DNA from: Cyanophora paradoxa CCMP329
Lineage: Eukaryota > Plantae > Glaucophyta
Assembly: GCA_004431415.1 (NCBI GenBank)
Contig: QPMI01000191.1
Location: forward strand, 1-64,000
Direction: 5' to 3'
Length of the DNA: 64,000 bases
Shown: piece after piece, positions 34,222-47,926 of the stretch
How the letters are laid out: each line of letters starts with the position of its first letter
Numbering within the stretch: the stretch's first letter is position 1
The notes under the pieces: model-generated
Told to the model about the DNA's origin: nothing
What the model saw: only the letters and a program-made list of their open reading frames with translations
Database searches by the model: none
Position numbers and translations under genes: made by a program

Positions 34222-36963
34222 TCAGTTGTAGGCGACGATCTCGCGGCAGATGAGTTCCATGTCGGAGATGTAGTTGACGCGCTCGGCGGCGATCACGCCG
34301 CACTTGACCCGCGACTCGTCTTGCCACATCTCGCTCTTCGCCCGGATCTGCCCCGCCGAGTGAGGCCTGCGCGCGGCGAGCGCTCGGCGCCGGAGCGGTG
34401 CCGGCCGGACCTTCATGGTGAGGCGCTTGAAGAGGCAGTCCTGGATGAGCTGCGCGTACTGCACGGGGTTCTGCCGCCGCGTGAGGTGTCCGCCTTCGCT
34501 CGGGCGGGGCGGCGGCTGGCGCACCGCCTCCTTGATCTCGTTGAGCTCGCCGGCGGAGATGCCGAAGATCAGGTTGCCCTCCGTGTCGTACGCACTGATC
34601 ATCTGCGCCGCCGTGTGGTCCGCCGCGCCCATGTTCAGGATGTACCTGCCCAGGCGTTGGCGATGGACCGCCGAGCGGCCGGAGGGGCTGGCGGAGCGAA
34701 GGGGGTTGGGCACCTGTAGATCGGCGCGTCGAACCAGTTGTTGCACTTCTCGCAGCGCCAGCGGCCCTGGGACTGGTCGAAGATGAGCTTCTTCTTGCAG
34801 TCACCGTTCTGCAGGGCGGGCCCCTGGTGAGCCTCGAAGCGAACAGAGCGGGGGAGGCAGGGATGCCGCACGTTGCCCGGGCACGACGGGTAGTAGTGGT
34901 TGCTGTCGGGGCGGATGCTGGCGATGTAGGCGCGCGCCACGAAGACATCCGGCTGCGGTGCGGTTAGATGCGGGGCGCGAAGCCGGCGGCGGGGCGGGGC
35001 GGGACGCGCCTTCTCCTTGAGGCCGAGGCCTTCGTCGGCGACAGCGGAGAGGGGCTTGCGGGGGTCCGTGGGGCGGATCGCCGAGCCGCCGCCGCCGCCC
35101 TGCGCCGCCGACAGGGACGCGACCGCGCCGGCGCCGCCGTTCTGGTCCCACCAGCTCCGCAGCTCGAACGCCTCGGGCCGGTCCGGATCGAACTCCACCT
35201 GCGAGTCGTTGAGGGTCGACAGCGACTTGCCTGAGCACGCCGGCGGCGTCAGGCGCTGCTCGAGTAGGGAGGCGGGGCGCCGCTGGGCAGGACCGTTGTA
35301 GTCAGAGATCTTGCAGCTCTTGACGGCGATGACCGGCTGGCGGCCCTGCAGCTCGTCCCACTCGGGCATCTTGGCCCGCTCCCCCCAGAACGTCAGCGTG
35401 ATCGCGCGCCTGCCGGACCCCTCGCTCAGCGCCGCCTCGGGAAAAGGGATCCGGGGGCGCGAGCGTGCCCCGACTGGTCCGCGATCTCGATGTCGCGCTT
35501 GATGAGGTCCTTCCCGTCCTTCCGCGACTTGAGCTCCTGAAGCTGCCGCACGTCCTTCACCACGGCCAGCACATCTGCGCGCTCCCGTCGGCCCGTGCGC
35601 TTCAGGAGCTGGGCCCCCGGGCGCGAACGCACCGACGAGTTTGTTGGCCTCGATATTCTCGATGTTGGCGATCGGCACGAACTTGTAGTTGATGCGAGGG
35701 ATGGAGTCCGCAGAGCCGTCGGAGACCTGATGAGGGGTAAGGAAGGGGCGAAAAGAGGGCGCAGCGAGCGGGGCAGAGCGGCGGGGTGCACCAGCTCGAT
35801 CAGGGAGTTCTGGTCGAGGGTCATCTCGTACTCGCAGTTCGTGCGGTTAAAGCGCTTGTCTGCAACCTTGATCTGGCCCTTCTGGATAGAGTAGACCTGC
35901 GCAAGGCCTAAGCAGCCGCGCGGAACAGCCGCGCCGCGCGAACGCCGACCTTGTTCACTTCGATGACATCATACCACTTCTTGACGCCTTCTGTGAAGAA
36001 TGTGGCGCGCATTTCGCCGCCCTGAACGACCAGATAGGCTCAGAAGGAGAAAGGATCGGAGAAAAAGAAGAAGGAAGGAAAGAACCTGGTCGTCGAGCAT
36101 CTCGATATTGAACATTTGGCCGGAGCCGCGCTGATTGTTCCAGTTTCGGATTGCGCTCTTGTTCGTGATACGGACGCGGATGTTCCAGCGCGCGTTGTAC
36201 GGCGAAAGCGCTGAAATCGGCGTGAAGTTGCCAGACGGCATACCGGAGCTCTGAGCGATCGGGCGGCTTGGGTTCGCCCTGCGCAAGCGATCAGGGCAAT
36301 GCAGGCAACAAAAAAGGCGAAAAGCTTGCACCCGCCATACGGTGCCGTGCTCCGCTGAGTCGGCGCGGGGGCTTGCGGCTGTGTGCGTGGAGGCTGCGCC
36401 GCAGCGGGACGCTGCTGCTGTTGCTGTTGCGGAGCGGCACCCGAGCCCGCACTGGATACGTCCTTCTCGAACGTCGCGGGATTGCCGATCTTATGGTCAC
36501 ACCTGCCGACGGGCGTGTAGCGAAGGACGATGATTACGCTGCCGAGGCACTCAGCAACGTCATGAAGCAGTCAGAGAAGCGACGTACCGGCGGTTCTGGA
36601 TCAGGTTTGCGACGTGCTCCTCTAGAACGAGGACATCGTAAAGTCGGAGCGTCTCGTCGAGCACGTTTTGGTTCAGCTGCGTCGCCAACATGCCCTGCGA
36701 GCAGTGCACGCCATCGGATATCACGATCCTGCGGGGCAGCGCCGCGCGGCGCATCATCAACTCAGTTGAACATGCACTTTCGCGCTGGCGCCATCCGAGG
36801 GGCGCTTGGCCTTGAAGTTGAAACATGCGCACCGATAACGTTCAAGAGCGTTACTCGTCGGTGCGACCTTCTTGATGTCGACGACCTGCAAGGTCGGCCG
36901 CAAGGTTGTGTCTCCGACGCCGACGATCTGATTGATTGCACCCGCGCTGAGCTGGTAGGCCAT
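34222..36963 (-). CDS. RPA1: Replication protein A 70 kDa subunit
   Basis: LSAGAI..PTLQV; PISALSPYNARWNIRVRITNKSAIRNWNN; GKSLS; YYPSCP..CKKK..WRCEKC zinc finger. Confidence 0.95.
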
Positions 36964-37447
36964 GGCGGAACGCAACGATTCGCCCCGGGACGCTCAGTGG
37001 GCGGGAAATCGGAAGCGCTGGGTTTAAAACCGAAACGTCTGTACCCCAGTCTGGGGGGTTCCTGGGTACAGAAGATACTAGGGTGAGCAACGCTAGGCCA
37101 CAAGATAGGTCCGACGCCGCCGACAGCGGTTCGCTGATCGCTCATCGAGCAGGCTTTACGGTCGCGGTGTGGGTCGCCTCATCTTTGGCAGCCCGAAGAC
37201 GCTCGATTGCTCGATTCAGCCCAACAGAGTCGCTCTTCAATCACTTGGAGCGTCCGTTGTAGCCGGTGCGCAAACGTGCGAGCGCGGCCCGGGTGCTGCG
37301 CCTCGGATCCGGCGCGACCCTGTGGCCCGGGGCCCGCGCGAGCCTGTGCCCCAGTGCAGCCCCACACACGAGCGCTTGCTAGCATTCAAGCACTTGTTCT
37401 TATAGCTTAAATGGCGCAGGTGTCAAGGCCGCGCAACGCCCGCGCTC

Positions 37448-38099
37448 ATGCCGACGGCCCGTCAAATAGCGAACGCGGGCTTCCTCGTCCACGCCTGCAT
37501 CTCCCTGTACAACGCGGGCTCTTGCTTCTCGCGGACCCTGTTGCAGAAGTGCGCCAGGCTGCTTGCTCTATGGTTACCTGATCGGCGACTCACTGATGCA
37601 TCAGGGAAGGGCCCTCCTTCGATGTTTTCCTAATTTTTGGTTGGCACCTCGCGCGCTTCCTGGCGCCCCACGTCTGCTGAACGCCGTCCTTCAGGCTTTT
37701 TCCTGCTAGGGCTCACCGGGACGGGGTTCGCCGCCTGGTGGGAGGAGGACGTGCGCGCTTCAAAAACCTTTCTCGCCCTCGCCGGCTCGCTGAGGGCGCC
37801 GGGCGGGGCCAGAACGACAAGACGAAGGACGTGTCGTCGACGCTGTGCATCGTGTACCACGCGGGAGCCCTCGTCATTGGCGTCATCGTACTCGGGGAGG
37901 ACCTGTACTGGAAGGCGCCTGCGCCTCGCCGCGCTGCGCCGCGCCGGGCATGACCTCTGCGCGCCAGATCCCGGTGAACATCAAGCTGTGGGAGTGGGAG
38001 CTAGCCATCCACTTCGCGCAGCTCGTGTGGATCCTCGTCTGGCGGCGCAACTTCCGCCTCGCCCCGCCCGCCACCCCCAAGGGCGACAAGAAGCAATAG
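37448..38099 (+). CDS. Small multi-pass membrane protein of unknown function
   Basis: Five short exons with about four hydrophobic segments, ending PKGDKKQ*. Confidence 0.6.
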
Positions 38100-39397
38100 T
38101 GCCCCCGCTTACTCTCACTCGTTGGATTCTATTCTTTAAAGAGACGTCGGTTAACGCAGCTCGTTCGTGCCACGGCCCCGCTTCCGCGAGAGGTAGTCCG
38201 CGGAACCGGCCAAGGCGCCCACTCCCGCAGGCTCAGCATTCAAGGGTTCATAACTATGCATTCTGCACACAATCTGATGAGAGGCCTAGGGCCGGGTAAC
38301 TGCTGAATAGCACGAGGAAGAAGCTGCGGGTAAAAAAACGAAGGGGAGAACAGCGTGCAAAAAAAGCTTCCTCAGTTGCAAGGGGAGAACAGCGAGAAAA
38401 AAAAGCGAAATGATCTAATGACAGTATGAGAAGCGAAATGAAGGTGTGCCGCTGAGCGGCTTGGGGGAAGGTGTGCCGCTGAAGCTAGCCTCCAGAAGCG
38501 TGCGGCAACAGCGACAGTCGCGGCTCGGCCCCAGATTGAACAGATCACTCAGCTCTGATTCCCCCAGATGCGCCCAGGGATGGGAGCAGCCGAAGAGCCA
38601 GAAGGGGGAAAGCCGGCCGAGCGCCTGAACTCCTTCGCGGCTCTGGAGGGGGGGCACGCGCGTGTGAGCCTAGCGCGAAGGGATGCATTCGCTAGCGGAT
38701 TCAAAGCCGCACTCCGCCGATGTCTGGCGCCCGTCGTGGATCTGCAGATGCGGCGTGAGCGGCCGTGGGCGGAGGCTTGTGCACGTGCAAGCCGAAAATT
38801 CGCACATCGTGAAACGAAGAATAAGGATTTCGGCCGGGAATGGCGTGGCCGAAGGTCGGCGGAGCTGCTTGAGTCAAGAGATAGTTTGGCCGCGTGTATC
38901 TACGCTCGGGCCGGGCCCCGGAGGGTCAGTGAAGAAGCGTGCCAGCCTGGCGGCGGAGCGTGGCCCCGGCCAGCGTGCGCTCAACCGAGGTGTGCACAAC
39001 TAAAACGACCTATAGCTAACGTCGGCCAAGTTCAATCTAGCGTCGCCGTCCTGGAAGTTGCCACACAGAACGCAGCTAGCAGACCGGTAGGGGCGGCAGA
39101 CAACGCTATGTGGAAACGTTGGCGATATGTGGAAACGAGCTAACGCGCGCTCACTTGTGCTGGTACTCGCTGGTGAAGGTAAGCTGGCTTGTGAGGGGCT
39201 GCAGGCCGTAGGGGATCTCGATGGGCGGGCCGGACATGTTAGTGATGCTGGTTATTTTTTTCACTGCGAGCTATCGGCGGAGAGGCGAGGGCTTCGCTAG
39301 ACCTGGCTCTCTCGAATCAGCTGCGTACCCCACACTCACCTTCGTACCCCCTGCATTCGTCGGCAGTGCGGTCGCACGGTCGCAGCGACGTTGCTCG

Positions 39398-42055
39398 ATG
39401 GAGGCAGCGCTCTCCCAAGCGCGCCCTGTGATGGATGCGCTCTCCCGGATCGCGGAGGTCGCGCGTCCGCACGTGCTGGAGGCCGACCGCCAACTCGAGC
39501 ACTCTCTGCGGCCGCACCAAGTCTTCTTGCTCGGCGCGGTCGTTGCGCTACTCATTCGATGGGTTCTAGCGACACTAGACGAGCTGCGTCATGCAGGTCT
39601 GCATCCGACTTTCGATCCAAGTGGTTGTTCAACGCTTCGGCCTGACCGCGCGCGCAGAGGTGAAAAAATCGTTCTTCAAGTTCATCAAGCGCTTGCCCAT
39701 CATGCGAAGCTACGCAGCTGCTGAGCTTGGCAAGATTGACGCCAAAATGCAACGTAAGTCGTTTTCGTTTCAGAATCGGCCCCCGCGGGCTCACCCCCCG
39801 CAGACATGATCCGTCAGAAGCTCCCTCAGGATGCCATCGTTGCGCTTCCTGCGCAGGGCCTTCCGAAAGAGGAGGCGAGTTTGTAGCTCGCTGCTCGTTG
39901 TACGAGTCTCTGATTCGCGCGCTAGGTTCTGGCTCGCATGCGCAAGGAGCTCGCCAACGAAGCTGGCTGGTACGCCCCGTTGATTAAATTAACCCTGGTA
40001 CGTCTTCGAGGCTCTGCGTTGATTAAATTAACACAGGAAAGAGGGCCTGGTGAGCGGCACGGTGTACCACGGAAGCGAGGAGCTCAAGTCGCTTCTGGAC
40101 GCCGCGCACTGCATGTTCTCGACGGCGAACCCGCTGCACCCGGACGGTAGCCTGCCCAGCTGTCTTCCGCTCGTCGCAGCCCAAGACACGCGACACAGTT
40201 TTCCCGGGCGTGCGCCGCTTCGAGTCGGAGTGCGTACGCATGGCCGTCACCTTGCTCAACGGCGACGAGGAGGCTTGCGGGATCATGACAGCGAGCGGTG
40301 CGCGCGGCGCGCCGGGTCTCCGGCCGCGGGCGCGAGCGGAAGAGCGCGCGAGACGGCCGCGTCGCGCAGGAACGGAGTCGATTCTTCTTGCGATCAAAGC
40401 GGCGCGCGACTGGGCGCGCGAGACGAAAGGGATCACAAAGCCCGAGATGTGCGGCGGCCCCTTCCCCGTTCTCCCGCCGCGCGCGAGCGACCGCGACGCA
40501 GCGTGGCGCCCGTCTCGGCGCACGCGGCGGTGGACAAGGCCGGGCACTACCTCGGTGCCTCCGGGGCGGTCCCGGGGGGGCCAGGGGGGCGGGGCCTGAC
40601 GAGCGGCAGGGATACGCGTGATCAAGGTACCCGTGGGGAAGGACTACCGCGCCGACCTGCGGGCCATGCGGCGCGCTATCACCCGCAACACGATCCTGGT
40701 ACGCCCCGCCCTCCCGCGGTCGCGAAAGCGGAGCGAACGAAGGCAGGTGTACGCGTCGGCGCCGGGCTTCCCGCACGGCGTGATCGACAACGTGGAGGCG
40801 ATCGGCGCGATGGCGAAGCGCGCCGGCTGCTGCTTGCACGTCGACTGCTGCCTGGGCGGCTTCCTTCTGCCATTTGCCAGGAAGCTCGGGTGCGACCCTT
40901 GAAGCTCCCTTCTGGGCCGAGGCCGCCCGGGTCCCCTCACTCCGCGGCGCAGGTACCCCGTCCCGCCGTTCGATTACTTGGTTCCCGGCGTGACCTCCAT
41001 CTCCGCCGGTACCCCCCGCCCCCCGCTCTTGCCCTCGCCCTGCCCCGAGGGCCGGCGCAGACACGCACAAGTACGGCTTCGCCCAGAAAGGCACCTCCGT
41101 CCTCTCTTTCCGCACCCGGGTCAGTCGCTCCGCCTCCCCCGGCCCCCGCGCCTGGGCCCCTCAGGCGGCGGCGCAGGAGCTGCGGCGGTTCGTGTACTAC
41201 AGCGTGACGGACTGGCCGGGGGGCCTGTACGCGACGGCGGGGGTGCCGGGGAGCCGCCCCGGGGGGCCCATCGCCACCGTCTGGGCCGCCATGGTCCACC
41301 TCGGCGAGAAGGGTCCGCCCCGCCGCCGCCTCCCGCCCCGGCCCCCGCCCCTCGCGCCCCCTGACGGCCCGCCGAAGGCTACATGGAGGTGGCGGACAAG
41401 ATCATGAAGACGATGCAGGCCATCGTCAAGGGGTTCGCCCTCTCGAGCCCCCTCCCGGCCGGCGGCCTGACGGGGCGGGGCGGGGCGGGGCAGGATCGGG
41501 GAGATCGAGGGGCTGCGGCTGGTGGGGAACCCCGACGCGTGCGTCGTCGCCTTCACCAGCGACACGTGCGCCCCGGGCCCCGCCCCGCCCCGCCCCGCCC
41601 CGCCCGACCCGCCGGCGCGGCAGCCTCGACATCTTCGCGATCAACGACGTCCTCTCGAAGCGCGGCTGGCACCTCAACGCCCTCCACAAGCCGGCCTGGT
41701 CCGCCCGCCCTACTCCGCCCTCCCCGTGTGCTTCGCGGCCCTGGGCCGACGGGGCGGGGCGGGGCGGGCAGCCTGCACGTGTGCGTGACGCTGCCGACGA
41801 CGCTCTCGTACCAGCGCCTCCTCTCCGACCTCCGCGAGGCCGTCCGCGAGGCGCGCGCCCCCGGCCCCGCCCCGGCCCACAGCCTCCCCGCGCTGACGCG
41901 CGCGTGGGTGCGGGGGGCAGGTGGCGGGGGCGGGGGCGGGGGCCTCGAAGGAAGGGATGGCGCCGATCTACGGGATGGCGGCGTCGGTGCCCGACCGCGG
42001 CGCCATAAACGACGTCCTCGCCCGCTACCTCGACGCCCTCTACTTGACCCGCTGA
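39398..42055 (+). CDS. SGPL1: Sphingosine-1-phosphate lyase (PLP-dependent)
   Basis: VSGTVYHG, NPLHPD, GTESILLA, SAPGFPHGVID, LHVDCCLGGF, TSISA|DTHKYGF, DWPGGLYAT..GSRPG. Confidence 0.95.
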
Positions 42056-42351
42056 CCCCCCGCCCCCCGCTCCCCGCTCCCCGCGCACCGCCCGCGCCCC
42101 GCGTCCCCTCCCTCTGCTTCCTCTCCACTGTACTCCTTAAAGAGTCGACGACGAGTCGACGACTAGCGGGGAGGGGCGCTACCTGCGCCCCCCGTAGCTC
42201 GGCCTGTGCGTGAGGCGCGTGGGCGCCGAGGAGGCGATGCGCGGAGAGGGCGCCGCCCCAACCCCGCCCCGCGCCGTCGAGGAGCCGCCTGCCGGGGCGA
42301 TCGCTGCGCGGGGCCCGCACGCAGCTCGGTCTGGGCGCAGACGGGGCGGAG

Positions 42352-45300
42352 CTATAGCGGGGGCGGAGCGGGGGCACCGGCGCGGAAGCGGAGGAGCTCG
42401 GCGGTAGAGGGGCGGCCGGCCGCCTCCCGCCCCGCCGTCGCCGCCGCCAGCGCCCCCGCCAGCGCCACGCTCGGCTCCAGCTCCGGCCGCGCCGTGTACT
42501 CCACCGGCGCCCCCGCAGCTGCCCCCGCCCCGCCGTCAGAAGCCGCGGCTGGGCCGGCGTGGGCGTGGGCGCGCGGGGCGCACGAGGAGCTGCTGCTCGA
42601 GGGAGGCGGCGAGGGCCTCGGCGGCGATGCAGCGCTGCAGGGCCGCCTCGCGCTCGCCCCGCGCCCCCGCGAGCTCGCGCTGCGCGGCCGCCTCGCGCTG
42701 CACGGCGCCGGCCCGGTCCCGCTCGAGGTGCAGGGCGCGGTCGGAGAGGTCGGCCAGGGAGGCCTTCGCGACCTGCAGCGCGTGCCCCAGCTCCGCCCGC
42801 TCCCGCTCCGCCCGCCGCACCATCCCCGCCAGCTCCTCCAACAGCCCGCCCCTCCCCGCCGCCGCCGCCGCCGCCGTCGCCCGCAAGAGCGACGCCTCGA
42901 GCTCCGCGTGCCGGTCGCCCGGGCCCTTGTGCGGGGCGCCGCGGGAGGGCGGCTTGGAGGGGGCGGCGTGCTCCGGGGGCCTCCCCGCGGGGGCGGCCTC
43001 GACGAGGGCGGCGACGAGCGCCGCGCGGGCGTCACCGCCCGCTTCCCGTCCCGCGGCGTCCGGCCCGCGAGGGCGGCGCCGGCACCAGCGCCGCCCCCGG
43101 CCCGCCCCGTGCTCCGCTGGGGCGGCGCCGGCGGCTCCTCCTCGGGCGAGAGGGGCGTCGCCCGGCGGGCTCCCTCCGAGAGGGCGGCGGGGGAACATCG
43201 CCTCGCCGGCCGCCGCCGCCGGGGGCGTGGAGAGGGCGAGGGGCTTGAAGCCGGCGAGGCTCGCCCGCCCGTGCGCCCCGCCGAGGGGGCGGCCCCGCGG
43301 GGCTGGCGGCGCCGGGAGGCCGGCCTGCGTGGCGGCCGCGCCCTGCGAGGTCGCCGCGGCGGCGGCGACGGCGCGCGGGGAGAGGGAGGCGTGGAGGGCC
43401 CCGGGGCGAGGGCGGAGCGGGGGCCGGGGCGCTGGGAGGCCCGCGCGGCGGCGCGCTGGGAGGCGGCGCGGGCGAGGACGGCCTCGAAGCTCGCCGCGAG
43501 CTCGCGGAAGTGCCGCTTCAGCTCCTCGTACTTGCGGCTCACCACGCCGAGCTCCAGCCCCAGCGCCCCCGCCTCCCGCTCCCGCGCCCCCGCCTCCTTG
43601 CGCCGCGCCTCCGCCTGCTCCCGCGCCAGCCGCAGCTTCCCCTCCGTCGTGGACGCCCCGCGCTCGTAGTCGGAGCGCTCGCGGGCCCACTCGCCGCGCT
43701 CGCCCCGCAGGCGCAGCGCCTCGTTGCGGGCGAGCTGCAGCTCGGCGCCGGCGCGGGCGTCGCGCTCCTGGGCGGCGAGGGACTGGTCCTCGAGCCGGTG
43801 CTCGAGCTCGGCGACCTTCTTCCTGAGGGCGGCGACCTGCGCCTCGGCGGCCCGCAGCTGCACGCGCGCCGCCTCGCTCTCGTTCACCGCCTCCTGCTCC
43901 CGCGCCCGGCTCGCGGCGGCCTGCGACTCGAGGCGCCCCGCGACGCGCTCGGCGCGGTGGACGGCGGTCTGGAGCTCGGCGGCGTCCCCCGCGATGCGGG
44001 CCGTGTCCCGCTGCGCCGAGGCCGCCTCCTGCTGGGTCTTCACGACGCCGGCCTGGAGCGCGCGGATGACGCGCTCGCGCTCCGCCAGCTCCCGCTTCAG
44101 GTGCGCCACCTCCCGCTCCAGCGGCTTCGTCTCCCCCTCGTGCTCTGCCCCGCCCTCAGCCCCCCGCCCCGCCCCGCAGGGGAGGCGAGCGGACCGTGGG
44201 CGGCGCGGCGGGCGCGCTCCTCGGCGAGGTTGATGTCGCGCTCGGCGACCTCGCGGTCGCGGGCGGCGCGGGCGGCGCCCTCCGCGAGCCCCGCGTGCAG
44301 CGCCTCCAGCCGCGCGCACTCCGCCTCCAGCGCCTCCCCTTCGCCCGCGACTCTTGCTGCGCCCGCCCAGCCCCGCGCTCGCCCCCGGGGCGGGCGCGGC
44401 GGGCGGGGCGGGCGGGGGTGCGGACGAGGCTCTGGGCGAGGCGGAGGGCCTTGAAGTCGGCGGCGACGCGCTCGGAGTCGAGGCGGTCCGCCCGCAGCGC
44501 CGCCTCCCGCGCCGCCGCCTCCGCCGCCGCCACCGCATCCCCTCCCGCCCCCGCACCGCCGCCTCCAGCGCCCGCCCCTTCGCGTCCGCCACCGCCGCCT
44601 CCCGCCGCCCCGCCACGGCGGCCGAGGCGGCGGCCCCGGCGGCCGCCTCGGCGCGGGCGCGGCCCTCGCGCGCCCGCTCCTCGGAGACGGCGAGCGCCGC
44701 CATGTCGTCCTCCATCCGCCTCTGCGCCCCCGCCCCGTCAGCCCCACTCCCCCGGAGCCTGCGCGCGGGGGCGCGCCTGGAGGGTGGCAGCGTTGCGGAC
44801 GGCGTCGCGCAGCGCCGCGTTTTCCTCCCGCAGCGCCCGCGCCTCCTCCCGCAGCCGTTCCGCCTGGCCGCCCTCAGCGCCCCGAGGCGGCCCGGCGGGC
44901 GCCCCGCCCGCCTCACCTCGCGCCGGGCGTCGCCGGCCTCGCGCTCGAGGCGGGCGGCGGCCTCGCGGGCGGCGGCGGCCTCGCCGGCGGCGTGCGTGGA
45001 GCGGGCGCCCTCCTCCGCGAGCTTCGAGCGCGCCGACGACGACGCGTCCACCGCCGCCTGCGCCCCCGCGGCGCGCGCGCCGTCAGAGGGATGCGGCGGC
45101 CGGCGCGCGTGCCCCGCGCGCCTGGAGGGCGAGGTCGCGGCGCTGCATGGCCTCCATCCCCTCCCGCCACTGCCGCGTGAGCGCCTCGCGGGCCGCCAGC
45201 GCCGCCTTGAGCTCCCCCGCGAGCCGCTCGGCGGCCGCCTGCGCCGTCCTCGTCTCCTTCTGCTGCGCCTCGAGGTCCGCCAGCAGCTCCGACTTCTCCC

Positions 45301-46109
45301 GCCCCGCCTCCTGCAGCCGCCGCTGCAGCTCCTTCTCCCGCTCCCCGCCCGCCGCCCGCTCCCCCGCCGCCGCCTTCGCCTCCGCCTCCAGCTTCTCCTC
45401 CACCCGCCGGTGCGCCTTGATGTCCCGCGTGTACCCTGCCCCGCCCGCGCCTCAGTGCCCGCGCCCCGCCGCGCGCCGCGCCCCGCCCGCACCTGTCGAG
45501 ACCTCCTTCAGCATGTGCACGCTCTGCTGGAGCGCCACAATCTCCTCCCCCTGCCTCCTCGAGGCCTCCTCGGCTCTCTGCGCCTCGCGCGTGAGCGTGG
45601 CGCGCGCCACGCCCCGCGGGGCGGTCCCGGGCGCAGCGCACCGCCTTGGCGGCCGCGGCCTGCCGGAGGTCGGCGGCGAGGCGGTCCCGTTCCTGCGCCG
45701 TCCGCGCCAGCTCCGCCTCCGCCTTCGCCCGCTCCGCGTTGCTGCGCCGCCCGCTCGCTCGGCGGCGGCGCGGCGCGGCGCGGCGCGGCCTCCGCACCTC
45801 GCTTCCAGAGCTCGTTGCAGGCGAACCAGCTCCTTGTTGGCGTTGAAAAGAGAGACGCCGACATCCTCGCGCACTCGATCCTGCGCCTTGATCTCTGCAT
45901 GCTGCTCGCCTGCGCGAGCGTCGTCAGCAGCGGCGAGGCTGCAGCGGGGGCTGCTCCGCACTGATTTTCTGCTCCGCTGCCGCGAGCTGCCCTGTGAGGA
46001 ACGGCCGGAGGGCGTACTGAAGGCGCCTAGCGATGTCCTCGACCTCCTGCATGTCGTCGTCTAACACGCCGGGCCCTCGTAGCCCGCGGGCCGAGAGCAT
46101 GGTCGCCAT
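42352..46109 (-). CDS. CCDC40-like long coiled-coil (axonemal-ruler family) protein
   Basis: REDVGVSLFNANKELVRLQ, DIKAHRR and LEAQQKET..LTRQWREGMEAMQRRDLALQA follow the CCDC40/FAP172 pattern. Confidence 0.6.
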
Positions 46110-46520
46110 TCTCTAACCACGCCGTGACGGGCCACGGGCCCACTCCTAGCACGATGCTAGCAATCTAATTGCATCCTGCAAGGTACGAGGCCGTCTGGAG
46201 CGCCGTAGCTAAGCGCGGCAAGCGAGTCGACGATTCTCCTCCGGCGTGCGAAGATAAGTTGGGCCAAGCCGGCAGGACGATAACTACAAGAGCTAAGCGT
46301 ATGCGCCAGTCCTGCTTGCGCTGCGGCTGCTTTGGGATCCGGATGCGCGACGACTTCGTTCGCAACTAGATGGGGAAGGAATCGCCGAAGCGATTGCAGC
46401 TGGCTCGTACGTACGCGTGCTCCAAGGCCTGTGAACTTCGGAAGCTCTCAAATTGAAGCTCGTCGAAGTCCTAGGCCGTGAAAATCAATAATATTGAGCT
46501 CGCGCTAGCGCCAGCCGCAG

Positions 46521-47926
46521 CTATTCTGCGGCGGGGGCGGGGGCCGGGGCCGGCTTGGGGGCGGCCTTGGTGAAGAAGCTCTCCATCTTCTTCATCCCCC
46601 TCACGTCCGCCTGCGCACGCGCCCCCGCGGCCCGTCAGCAGGCCAGGCGGGCCGGAGGCTCGGGGATCCGAGGGCGGTCGCTCGCCTTCGCAAGCTTCTT
46701 GACGCCCGCGCTCTTCGAGGCCGTCGCGAGCTGGCTCTGCGGCAGGGGCCGTGGGCCCTCGTCGGGTCCCTGGGCCGGCGCTCCCCCGCTCACCTTCACC
46801 GCCTCCGCTTTGGCGGGGGCGCTGTCGCGGGCGACGGGGGCGGCCGCCTGCATGGCCTCCGCCGCCGCCTTCACCGCCGCCGCCTCGTCGACGCTGCGCT
46901 GGCGGTGAGCCTCTAACTCGTCCCCGTGCCCCGCGAGCGCGCACCCGAAGTGGGCGAGGAGCCGCTCGTGCAGCGAGCGCGGGAGGTACTCCGACAGCAG
47001 CCCGATCGAGTAGGCCCGCACTGGCCCCGCCGCCGCGTCAGCGTCCAGAGAGAGCTCTAGCTACCCCGGGGCGGAAGCTTGAGCGCAGCGCACCGGCGCT
47101 CTTCAGTGACTCGTTCTCCTCGTCCCCTGGGCGCGGCTTGTACATCTGCTGCTGAATCGCCTCGACCTGCGTCCAGGGTCAACGCGTGCGCCGCCGTCCT
47201 GCACGCTGCATCGGACCTTGCAGCACAGCCAAGACAGCAGGCGCTCCTGATTCAAGCTGAAGGCGACCTCGCCGCAGACATCTGAGCGCGCCCAGCAGTC
47301 AGGCGCCGCCGGGGACTGGAGACGAGTCTGCGCACCCCTGCGGTCGCAGATCGCGGTGATATCGAACTCGCTGGACTCCCTCAACAGCTCCACTAGCCTT
47401 CGTGCCGACGGCTCGTAGCGCTCACCGAGCGCGCTGGCCACATCGTCGAGGGAGCAGAAGACGCGGCGTTCTGACCGCTGCAGAACCGTGAGTGCTTCGC
47501 CCAATGATCCAAAGCTGTGATCAAAGCTGCTCCCACCTCGCCCTGGGACGCGGATTTCAATAGGAAGGGGAGGATCAAGAAGATTGGGTCGCAGGGCGTC
47601 CATAGGTGCAGCGAGCCGTCTGCGCGAAGGTCGTTTAGCATGCTGACGAGCGCATGGCGAGCTTCACGCGCCCGATATACAGCTCTCGTCGTCGAGCAGC
47701 CAAGAAGCGTGCTCCGTCGCACGAACCGCCTCCAGTACGCGGCCCCCGACCACGAGGTAGCTGTGCGGCGTGTCCGTCTTCGGATTCGGAAGGGACAGAA
47801 CCGCAGCGTCTTTCGGCTCATCCAGCACTGCTCGCGCTTAGCTAGAATCCCGGATAGCGAGTGGCAGCGCCGCGGCGGACCTCCCGCGGGAACGACGCAG
47901 ACGCGTCTGGAGGACTCCCCGGACAT
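46521..47926 (-). CDS. RNASEH2B: Ribonuclease H2 subunit B
   Basis: SWLLDD..DGSLHLWTPCDPIFLILPFL, ERLLSWLCCKV, LLSEYL; C-terminal PIP-like GMKKMESFF. Confidence 0.92.

Noticed and set aside
38338-38482. Short duplications (aaggggagaacagcg x2, gaaggtgtgccgctga x2)
   Set aside because: Two-copy intergenic slippage with no further structure.
42352-45492. Very long Arg/Pro/Gly/Ala-rich ORFs in the track (also 28944-31667, 49672-51927, 14109-15626 and similar)
   Set aside because: They are stop-poor GC-rich read-through of introns or shadow frames; the real genes are spliced.
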